Source: Callorhinchus milii (lineage: Eukaryota). Taken from it: DNA of 64,000 nt. The stretch spans positions 7,068,001 to 7,132,000 of the forward strand of contig NW_024704747.1 of NCBI RefSeq assembly GCF_018977255.1. The letters are read 5' to 3'. The notes under the pieces were generated by a model. It ran no database searches and was not told where the DNA came from. It saw only the letters and a program-made list of their open reading frames with translations. Every line of letters begins with the position of its first letter. Within the stretch, counting starts at the first letter, position 1. Below, one piece after another: positions 49,900 through 61,493 of this stretch. Position numbers and translations under genes: made by a program.

Positions 49900-52173
49900 G
49901 TAAGTACTAATGAGAAAGTTAAATGGTTAATGAATGACTATATATCATTACTAGTTATATTTTGGATCAGAATATTTCAGCACAGTGATGATCAAATAAA
50001 CTTTTTAATTTCAAAGGATGTAGACATAGATTCAAAAATATAGACAGATAGCTACAATTCAGTAGCATAAAGGTTTATTAGCAAAAACACTTCTTCAACA
50101 TGTTTTATTAAGGGTTTTAATTGATTTTTTTCCCTGACAGCTAAATTATAGTGTTACAATCAATACATAAAGCATTTTGTGGGGCTGTGTGATAAAATCT
50201 TAGGAGGTGTAATGAACATAATACAATTTATATTTACATAATGCCTTTTACTTTGAGAGGATGTCTCAAAGCACTTCATTTACTAATTTACTAATGAATT
50301 TACTAATTTACCAATTATCTAAGAGAGTAGGATTTATAAATGGGGAACATATATATTGATGTGTGAATTCTGTAGGCAATTTGGCTTCTCTTTCTCAGTC
50401 TGTCAAGGGCCAATGTAGATTTCAAGTGTGTGTGGGATAAGATCCAAAATGAATAGCTATTACTTTTAGTAATTCATGATGCTCAGGTTTACAGTGATAG
50501 CAAGCTTTTTCTGCTTGCTGGATGTTTACTAGCAAGGAGTAATAGAAAGGATGAAAGAAAACAGCAAAGACACTTTTTGTAAGTAGCAAAATGAGGAATT
50601 AAGTCTGAAATTTTCTGCTACAATACCTGAAGATAAAAACAGCTAATGATGGCTATGTGGAATATTTGATGGTAATATGTAATGGGAGACGAAATCACAT
50701 TCGTGATGGGAATGTGACCACTCTGGAGCATGCACTTGAGAAATAATAAATATCATTGGCAATGCCTGAGGTAAACATTCTGTAATTGTTTGCATACGTA
50801 ACTGTTTGCATCTTCTCATGTTAAAGGCTTCCAATTCTTAATGTTCAACCTTCGACTGATGTGTAAGACTTTGGATAGCTTAGATGTTTTCATACAGACT
50901 GATAAGTGTCTGTGTTGTGTTCTAAGACTTAATTGACTCTCCTAATTATAATTTCCTTTAATAGAGGTGGCAAATTAATCAGAGGTTTTCAATTCTGCCA
51001 GATATGAATTTCTGAAAATACATAATTAAGACGTGAAGCAGAGACCTTAATAGATCTCCAGATTATCCGTCAAAATGGATCTATAGAAGCTATGGAACCC
51101 AAGCTATATCTTGTCACTTTATAGCACATTGCAACAATATAATGCATCAATGGTCAGTGCTGTTTTGCTCACTAATTGAAGAATTTTGTTAACTCGAATA
51201 TTTCTGCACCCATAGTTTTTAGCAAATAACTGAGATAAAAAACGTGAGCAACAATTGTAACTTCTCTGATGTGGTTCAAAGTCTGATAACAAGGTCTTCT
51301 TCCACTTGCCACAAGCACGCAGCTGTGATAGCTCCAGCAGAGCAGTCATTAAAAATGTCTCGAAGCACTAATTAAAAAAGTTGGAGGGAAAAATAGTCAT
51401 AGCAGGATTGGGGAGAAAAATATCAATTAAGTTAAGAGCAGATCTAACTTTAGATGTCATTGATGGCCAAATAGTAGTGTGACAAATGTACTTTGGGGAT
51501 GGAATAACATTCAGACTGAAGTGTTTGTTTTATTTTCATGTACTACCACAGTAAGGGGAATGGGCAGCCTTGCTGTACAGAGGCATTGAGTATTAATGTG
51601 TAAGATTGACTAACCTGCTTTTGAACACAGGCCTTTCGTGGTAGAAACTCCCTTTGCACTGTATTACGTGACTATTATTTTGAATGCACAGTCACTGAAT
51701 GAACATAAACATAACCAATCTATGAGAAGAATATAAGTATATTTTCATAAAATATTAATATTGTAATATCGTAGTCAGCCCTTCGTTCCCTTAATCCCCA
51801 AGGAAGCAAATTAAAATCACACTAGACTTCAGAGATGCTTTTCTAGAACCACCCAGAAGGAAGAATAGACGTTTCACAATCGAATCATGCTTAGTTATGA
51901 GCTGTTTAAATGCAGAGCCAACCTTGAAAATAACTTAGAATTGTAATTGCAGAATAGCTCTGAATTATCGTGGCAAGTCTTTAAATATGTATTTGAGCTT
52001 TCACAATGTGCAAATGTTGTTTCCTTTATAGTTACAGATTCAATTAGTTGAATGGCCGCCTATTTCTGTGTTCCCTCTGATGTTTAGGGATGTTTAGTGA
52101 TGAGTGATTCCACAGAAAGCATATTTGACAGTCGTTACATAAAACATATATGTATAAGAACTCCTTCTGCATG

Positions 52174-52250
52174 TTATATTATATAATATATATTATAATA
52201 TATATTTCTAGAATATATTATATATTTATATAATATATATTATATATAAA
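52174..52250. repeat. (TA)-rich low-complexity, self-complementary tract centred on TTCTAGAA
   Basis: ~75 bp composed almost only of A and T. Confidence 0.9.
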
Positions 52251-55200
52251 GCATATATGATGGGAAAATCACACTGTTAGATTGAGAGAAACATGGCCAG
52301 CATAATTTAGACTTCATTCTGCATTTACTCTGTCTTGCAAACGTTTCTGCTGCTTTTCCAGCCGGGGACAGCATTACTATTAAGGCTTTGGCTTAAAGGC
52401 TTAATAGAAGCTGAGAGGGAAGAATCCAATTTGGCATCTGCAAGTTTGATTTTAACTAAAAGAAATTTGATGCTGGCTTTCTTGAAAATCCTTCAATCCT
52501 TCACAATGGGTAGGAAGAGAATTTCATTTAACTTTGGATGTACTGAGCTGGAGAGGAATCATGAAGTAAGTTCATCACAGTCCAATGGAGAAGACTTTTC
52601 ACTTCCCACAGTGATTCTTTATTGACTCAATGTGTGGCTGAGGTTTTGGCCTTTACTGGAAAACAGTTTAATAAAATAGCAATATGGCAGAGAAATAATC
52701 TAAATAATTGTCACAAATAATGGAAAGACATGGGTGGCTTCTATTTAAGTATAAAAAATGAGTCTGGCAAATATTAGTAAATTCTTGTGACCTAAAGTTC
52801 CCCAGAACTGATTATAATTAAAAAAATTAACAGAAGCTGCTATAGAAATATAATATGAATGTTCTAAGAATATCTCGTACAAATTTGATGATTTGTTTCC
52901 AAACAGTTAAAAAGCTAAGTGATCCAATTTGATCTACTTGTACATTGTTAATTTAAAAAGGTTTTCAGATTTTCTGGCACCTATACTTAAGCAGATTTTA
53001 AGAATTCAGCAACATTTTTAGGTTAGAACTTTTCTACAAACTGTGAACAGTTTGGGTTGCACTCACAATATAAACCGACATGCACTCTAGACTCACGTCC
53101 TTCTATAAAACGAATCATTGTGCCTCCATTGATGAATCCTTTCTAAAGATGTTTTACATCGACCTATTTGACTGCATGTGTTTAGCATGTTAAATATGTT
53201 TGGAGGAGATAATTTAGTAAGTTGTAGCTGATCTCCAGATCTTCATGCACCAATGGGCTTAGTGGTCACGAAAGGTGTGAAGTGATAATTGCATTCTGTG
53301 GTGCCTAATTATTGGTGTTGATGATCACATTACTGATAAGTGGAAACAGTTCAAAACTAAAGTGGGTTGTTCTGATATGCATATGCTGTGGTACTTCAGT
53401 TGTGTTCACAGATAATGGTATCAGAATGCCTGTGTGCTTCACCTCAGCAGAGCTTCATGACATGTTTTAAAAGTCATCCTTTCTACTTAATTCACAGCCA
53501 ATTTGCTATGCAAACAATCTTAACAAAAAAGCTGAATTTCACTTGCTTCTTTCAGAGGTTATTGGAGTGAGATGTGGTGTCATACTGTTTACTGCTGTAA
53601 TCAGTTAAAATATCTTTAAGTACCAACTCATTTTCATTCCTCAGGGACAGCGTATTCTTAAACGGTTCTCAATATGTTATTTATAAATAGATGTATTTAT
53701 TGTAATGCTGTGTTTACGCTGCTGGAAGCTAAGTGATTATTTCTTCCAGCAATAAAATGATTAGAATCAGGCAGCCTAATCACAAGAGAGGTTCAGATAA
53801 AAGCCTTTCAGCCCATTGGATGTCATCTTTCCAGAAAGCCCAACTCTCCCAGTACAGCAAGCATCAATATGTTTTATTAATCTATTGTCCTGGCTTCCAC
53901 CGCACTTCCAACACGCTTTCTGGTAACCTGTTCCAGCTATCGATTACCTTCTGTGTAAAGAATTGCGTAGCATTTCACGATACGATTCACCACAAGCCAT
54001 TAATTCAGCATAAGATCTTAGAAATCATTCAAGTTCTTTATTCAAAATGTAATTGGTTTTAATTTGAAATAAATCTACATTATTTTGTCTTGAGCTTTCC
54101 TCCCTTCGCCTCCCTGCCCCCTTCGAACCCCCCCAGGAATTGTATCTTAAAAATCAGCAGGCATATTAGTAACGAAAATTAAATATGGAAAGGTTGGAAT
54201 CATTGATTGAACTCTTCAGTTTAATGCCTATGGGACAAACATTTGGCTCAACCTTTTTCGATAAACGACCACAATTTCAGGAGAGATAGTTTCAAGTATG
54301 CACTGTTATGTTCTTATATCAATTTATTGCTATGCCCTGTTGAACTTGTATCTGCTTAATTAGGCCAATAACTTTAACTGGACATTGTCTTGATTCCCCT
54401 GTCAAGTCTCTTATGCAAAGTCAACATGTACCGTTCAAGCTTATTATTTCCTTATGTAAAGTAGATACTTAAATGATTCCTATCCAATATAAAAATGGCT
54501 TGATTTGGATTATCCTTAGTAGATGTATGGGAAAATATCATGTTCAATTCCTTGTTTAAACATTGTAGAGCAAGTTTATTTTGAAACAATGAATATGTCT
54601 GCAATCATGCTTTTCTTGAAAGTAATTTGATACCAAGCGCAGGATCATTTTGTTCACGTTTGGTCACAAGGTGGCTTCTCTTTGAAATGTTTCTAGTATG
54701 GAAAGGTTAACAAAAGAAGAGGAAAAACAAAACCACTTTCTAGTTTGTATTTTACCCCTACAAGGTCAATAGGTTTTCAAAATCTGTCTGTAACATGTTG
54801 TGCTCAGATGGAGTGCACTGTCGCAAACGCTGCCTGTGCTATAATATAAGTATTGATTCCTGTGATGCGATTAACTGTAATGCTGTTGAGTTTTAGAGCG
54901 GTACTGTTAAAACAAAGCACTTGGAGGTATGTATTTGTTGTTGATCCTCAAGCATTCATTTTGCACTGCTAAATGAATTAATCTGGGACATATAGAGTGC
55001 TAGTGTTCACCTTTGTGCTAAGAGAAAGTCAAATAGAGTAAACAGATAGGAAATAAATATCAGGAATGTTAAGAGAGAGTCATATGAAGATGGACAGCAC
55101 ATAAAAAACACAGCCAAAAACAGCTACAGATTTGATCAAAAACGACTCGGAGCAAGGTATAATCATAAAGCACAGAAAAACCTGTAGTCACATCCTGGGA

Positions 55201-55958
55201 GAAAGATTGAATCAATGGAAAATTTGAGATTAGAAGCAAACAAAGACCAACGTTAAGGAAAGTTGCTGTAAAATCTACAATAAGAGAAAATGAACATGGA
55301 AAGCTTCATAAGTCCATGATCTGTTACAGTGCCATCTGTCAATCAATCATATATCACTTGGATGAAGGCTTCATTGTGCAACTATGTGAGAGAGCAGATG
55401 GGGTTCAGAGGTTGCTGTACCTTGTGACAGAGTTACATGATTGGTTTATAGACATTGTCAATAGTACATCTTTTTGTTTTTACAGCCCAATTTTCAAATT
55501 GGGAAAATTGCAAGGTGTGTTTACATCTTGAGCTCTTTTTGAGTTCAAGGCTTGAGTTACCTTTTGTGTGAGATGTTTAATGTTTAATCAAATAGAAAGT
55601 GGAAGAAATTTAACTTTAATGATGTATATAATTCCATTTTGGAAAGGGTCTATTAATTTCTTTATTGATGAGTTATTACTGGAGAAGGGATTGGGGGTGG
55701 GGGGAGAGTTACGAATTGAGATCAATGATGTGAAATTTTGGCTGACAAAGCAAGCAACAGACAAAGGAACTTTCTTCCTTTATATTGAATAATACCATGA
55801 AACAGCACAATAGGTGGTGTGGCAATGAGTATGTGATATTATAATGCGGATTATTTTGATGTTGCGCTATAATACTACACTGATGTGAAATATGACTGAT
55901 TTCCCAAGAAACATACAATACTTGTATTTCTTATTCTGCATAACTGTTTATGGATCCT

Positions 55959-56168
55959 AAACAAAAAACAACTTGCATTTATATAGCACCCCTTCACGCA
56001 GGGCAGCATATCGTAGCGCTTAACAGTGGTGGAGCTTGACACCGAGCGGGGAGGGGGAGGAGATGACCGTAAGCATGTTCGAAGAGGAAGGTCTTCCAGT
56101 GTAATCTAAAAAAGGGAAAGGAGAGGACAAACGGAAGGATTGGGGAAGAGAGTTCCAAAGCTTTGGGG
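55959..56168 (-). mobile_element. L2 3' fragment (tail type 2)
   Basis: caacttgcatttatatagcaccccttcacgc...agagttccaaagc. Confidence 0.8.
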
Positions 56169-56283
56169 CAAATAAGTCTAGGTCAAATCAAAATGTGAGT
56201 TTACCTGACAATTTAGAACAGGTTGACTTGTCATAACAGCATATTTACCAGCAACATGATTAATATGACTTTAAATAAATGTG

Positions 56284-57600
56284 AACAACAAGAACAACAA
56301 CAAAATTACATTTGTATAATGCCTTTCACATTGGGATGATGTCCCCAGGAGCTGGACAATCAGTGTTTCGGTCCTAAGTTGGAGGTCGGGATAGGATAGG
56401 GTGGAGGGCAGGGAGAGAAGGAGGGTGACCGAAGGCACGGTTAAAGAGGAGGGTCTTGAGACATGTCTTGAAGGAGGCAAGGTTGGGGGCGAGGTGGAGG
56501 AACTGTAGGATGGAGTTCCAGAAGGTAAGGGTAGAATAGCAGAAGGCCCACCTGCCAATCGTGGAGCCAGCAATGCAGGGGACATGAAGCAGGCCAGAGC
56601 CTGCAGCACGGAGTGAGCGAGGAGGTTGGTAGGGGATTAAGAGGTCGCAGAGGTAGGGGGGAGCAAGGCCATGGAGGGCTTTGAAAGTGAGGACCAGGAT
56701 CTTGAACTGTATCCTATGCATGATGGGAAACCAGTGGAGTTGGGCGAGTATAAGGATGGGTTCGTGGAACCTGGTGCGGGAGAGGACATGGGCTGCAGAG
56801 TTCTAGATTATCTGCAGCCTATAGAGGGAGGAGTTGGGGAGGCCAACAAGCAGGGAGTTGGCATAATTGAGCCTTAATGTTATGAATGAGGGTCTCGGCG
56901 GCCTGCGGTGTGAAACAGTGGCGAAGCCGGGCAATATTGTGGTGATGGGGGAATACAGATCAGGCGTTGGGTCAAACAAGGTGCCAAGGTTCCGGACTGG
57001 CTCAGTGAAGTGTGGTGTGCATCCTTGGATGGTGTCAGTGCCTGAGGCGTGGAGGCGCTGACGGAAGCCAATCAGGAGAGCCTCGGTCTTGTTGATGTTC
57101 AGCTGTAGAAAGTTAGCTCTTATCGAGGAGTTGATGTCTGACAGACATACTTTCAGAACTGCAGTAGTCCTGGAGTCAAGGGAACATGAAGCAGGCCAGA
57201 GCCTACAGTGCGGAGTGAGCGAGGATGTTGGTAGGGGTTAAGAGGTCGCAGGGGTAGATTTGGGTGTCATCCACATACACGTGGAAGTTGTCCCTATGTC
57301 TGCGAATGATGTCACCAAGAGGGAGCATATTGATGCTGAAGAGGACGGAACCAAGGACAGAGCCATGAGGAATACTGCACAAGATAATGCAGGGGCTAGA
57401 GGAGAAGCCGTTGGTGAAGATGAAGTGGAGACGAAGTGAGAGGTCGGATCTGAATCATTCAAGGACAGAATCATGAAGGTTGAGGTGAAAGGAGAGGCGG
57501 TGGATGAGGATAGAATGGTCAATGGTATCGAAGACAGCAAAAGAGGTCTAGGGGGACAAGGAGGCAGAGGGAGCCCTGGTCACAGAAGGCAGCAGAGAGG
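56284..57600 (-). mobile_element. L2 LINE, 5'-truncated (tail type 1), with an internal duplication
   Basis: [26 protein letters not shown]; gtggatgacacccaa (VDDTQ) on the minus strand; (CAA)n at left. Confidence 0.9.
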
Positions 57601-58482
57601 TCCAGAATGCCTTACTTTATTTATACTTTCCATAATATTGAGGGTTTTATATATAAATGTAATCTTGTTGTTTTATATACAGGTTTGGCTGATTTTTTCC
57701 CCCCTGTACTAAACACTCACCAGAGCAGTTCAGCAGTTTAGAGAAATAGCTTCCCAAATTTTCCCTCCAGAACAAAAAATTGTGATACCTGTGAAATTAT
57801 TCTACATTTTTTAAAAAAAATCCCTTCAATGTGAGTTATTTTAAATAAATATGCCATTTGTTGATCAAAATTCGATGGTTTATCTTCCTCCAGCAGAGAT
57901 GGCAGCAGTCAATGCAGTCATTCTGCCACTGAGATAATCTGACCCGTGAAGGAGATATGATGTGGGAGAGAACTTTATTATTTGTGTGTTATTCAGTGAG
58001 TCTTCCTCACTCTGGTAGCCATATTTTTTTACTTGAATTCCTTTTCTGACAGCAATGTCCAAGAGTTTAGACAGGATCATCAACCATAGGTTTGGCAACA
58101 GAGGAAGTAAAATGCACAGGCTTTTTTTTAATTCCAGTTTTTTAAGCCAAAGATATATAGATTCTTCTCTTTTACAACATCAGCATAAAATACTGATGGA
58201 AGTATCCCTGGGAAGCGGAAACATGCTAATGTTTAAACTTCAGGGAACTGGTGCAATGATTGTAACCAAACCTATAACACAAGTTTGAAACTAACTGCTG
58301 CTGTGTTTGTAACCCCATCTAAGGTAACAGAATGGAACTGTTGGATTGATATCTTCATATGAGGAATACAGTGCTATTCACTTGTCTTGGACCAATCTCT
58401 TACCCTAACATTAAGGTAGCTTTAAGATGCGGACTACATTAATGGCTATTTCTATTCCCTTACATTTTTGATTGATTTCCAG

Positions 58483-58608
58483 CTCAAATCGCGTGTGGTG
58501 AGGATGATTTCCACTGCAAAGGCACAAGTAGATGTATTCCAGCACGTTGGAAATGTGATGGAGAGGATGACTGTGGGGATGGATCTGATGAGCCAAGAGA
58601 AGAATGTG
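58483..58608 (+). CDS. LRP1B: Exon Q, LDLa repeat, 126 nt, phase 1-1
   Basis: tttccag|CT...TGTG|gtatgt; [42 protein letters not shown]. Confidence 0.95.
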
Positions 58609-60978
58609 GTATGTTTTGATATATTAGTCTGGTGGGAAAAATGTGATAAGCAAATACTGTACATTGATAAGCCAAACCATGATTTTAAAACACATTTGCT
58701 TTTAAGATTAATCTTATTGTCAGATCGATGTAGGCGGGAGGGAGATGGCAATCTTTTGTTTGTGGCCTCCACTATTTCCTATGGCAAACACACACACCAC
58801 AAAAAAAAATTGGATGCAATTAAAATAACTTTTTTTGTACAAAGAACAATTGCTCCTACTTTCCAAAAAACAGCTGGAGAAAACTTTTAGCAATAGAAAT
58901 GGTAATTAAAAAGTATATAAAGCGAATAGCAACAGGAGTAGATAGAAGGGAAAACCAATAGCTTAGTTAGAATTGTCAAATTCTTTTTGAAAATATATCG
59001 TTTGCATAAAATTGTGTTTTGAATGTTTGTTTGAATGGATGAAGGGTAGTATTACAACATAATGTTCATCTTTGCTTCCATTACTCCATTACCTCGAGAG
59101 TCTTTCTCACTTTGGTGCAGAATCTTTTTTTGGTTGTTTACGAACACACAACCTGGCAAATTTAACTGAAATGGTTTGTAAATGACTGATAGATAGCTCA
59201 GAATAGCAATCCTCCCCACTGCATTTGAATAACAGTAAAGCCATAACATTAATACAGAGCATAAGGATAGCTAGTGTTGCCAATTGACCCATGATAAACC
59301 TATTCTGAATGAATCTATGTACAGCGCTGAACTTGATTCTCACCTTCAATGCAAAAAAATGTTAATTATTTAAATCTGACCCACTTCAAATGTGTTCAGT
59401 CACACTGTAGTTTACCTTCATTCAGAAACTTGATTTAAATAGCTGAGATTACCATTCCTGTTTCAGCGAATCTCTATAGTATGGGAAACTCCCTCTGGAC
59501 ATCCCACTCTGTGTCTTGAAATTAGATTTTGTTTACGTTTCATCTGTGCATTCTGCATTTGCTTTCATTTCTGACGTCTAGCTAATTTCAGGCTGAATAT
59601 TCTAAAATATGTTCTACTTTCTTCACTCCAGCGCATGTGTCAGAGCATGAATGATTTGTTCATTGCTTTATACACGTGCTCTGTTGTTAGGAGAATCAAA
59701 AGCTCCTTTTGGAATATTATTTCCACCTACTTTATAACCCTGTCAATATAATGTTCTTGTTCATATTATGTCCTGGCCTGGACTGTGACCCCTTGGAGTA
59801 ACAGCATATAGTTTCAATCACATCCTTCTATAAATTCAACAGCCGGGCAGCCCACCTTCAACCTTTACTATGCACTCTGTCCTGTTATACAAATTGCTGT
59901 TAATTCTTTCAATCCCCTTCATAATGCCACACGTTATTGAAATTCTCAACAGTGAGAGTCTTTTGTACTTTGTCATGGGTTTCCTAAACGTCAATCCATC
60001 TCAAGATCAAACGTGTTCCAAAATCAACAGCCTTATGCAGTAGCAGCCTCAAAACGGATATTGAATCTATCCATCTGTAGCTCTTGTGAAACCTGAGCTG
60101 CATTCTTGTGCTCCTTCTATTGATTGCTTTATTCCTCAACAGACTCGTGAGATGAGAACACCTTCCCAAGTGTAGTAATCAGTGACAGTTTCCTCCCCTA
60201 CGAGTCACTTGGTATATCAATGAATGGTAGAGCAATGCATAGTTTGCTTTCTGCTGTTTCAGTGGGAGAAGTAATTTTTTTAAAAAAAATAAGAAATTAT
60301 AAAAGCTTATATTGTGTCCGATGAATGACAAAAATATAATTTCAAAAAGCTCTTGACTTCCCCTAACTTCCTCACCATAACACTCTGCTCCCCTGTAAGC
60401 AGTGACTTATTGCTGGAGTTGGAGTAAGCTGCCATACATAATAGTGGTGCCCCAGTACTTCATCTAAATAGACATTTTTATGTCTAAGTTTGGACAGTGA
60501 TTGACAACAACCCATTGTAGCTGAGAATTGCATTCTTCTTATCAACACACTTCTAGCAAGGGTTGCTAAAAGCGATCAGGAGCAGAAACTAGACTTATTT
60601 CCACACACATACACACCCATGGTAGTCCACAGATGCTAAGGGCAATTGCATTGCACCACTGCTGCCCTTCTGGGATTTATTATCTGTATAGCATTGTACC
60701 ACATTGTACCATTATATGCTACTTTTACTCCACAGCTAAAGTCCTTTACCTGCAATCCAGCCCAACCTTGAAGCTCCCAGCTCCGTTGGGTATAGTATTG
60801 TAGTTGGTCACATTGCAACTCCATCGAGCAACACTGAATGACTTATAGTAATTATAAAGAGCAATCGAAAACAATTGGACAAGGTCTTGCATTTGCATAA
60901 TGCCTTAAGCATAACAGAATATCCCAAAGTGCTTGACAAATGCATTGGCACAAACTGGATGAGGATTTAAGACTATAA

Positions 60979-61082
60979 ATAATAATCCTTGCATTTCATA
61001 TAGCGCCTTTCCATGTCATTGAGATGCCTTAAAGCGCTTCACAGAATATATTTGAAAGAGAATTGATTGCATTTTTGGGCGA
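60979..61082 (-). mobile_element. SINE 3' fragment
   Basis: ataataatccttgcatttcatatagcgcc...aaagcgcttcacagaatata. Confidence 0.8.
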
Positions 61083-61493
61083 ATGTTAACGAAAGGCATA
61101 GTTGAAGGCGATCCACAATTTTAAGTCTGTCCACATTATAATCTCACTGCCCTCTTGGTTGAAGTGGCCAGAGCTTGGAAGAGCTCAGAATTTGTGTGGA
61201 AGTTGAAGAGTCTGGAACTTGAAGAGAACTGAACACTGTCTAGAGAGAGTGAAGGGCCAAGGGACACAGAGAGGCATAAGAAGGTTGGCATAGTGGGTAG
61301 AGGATAGGAAAAGTTGAGGCAAGAGAAGCCCATAACGCGCAAAGGTGGGTCAGAGTTGGGACACGAAAGGTCCCAAAAGGTAAGAGTTGCCAAGGAGCTG
61401 GAAATTGCCAATACATGCAGGGTAATTGTAGTGATAATAATAATAATAGGTGTTTATTGTTAATAGACACTCGGGTCCACAAACCTGAACTGC

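Noticed and set aside
52174-52250. AT palindrome as a miRNA hairpin or special structure
   Set aside because: Self-complementarity is trivial for (TA)-rich low-complexity sequence.
60340-60700. Possible ancient SINE-like remnant (similar traces near 20140-20280 and 57680-57730)
   Set aside because: Similarity to a remembered shark repeat is too weak to define boundaries or family without a search.
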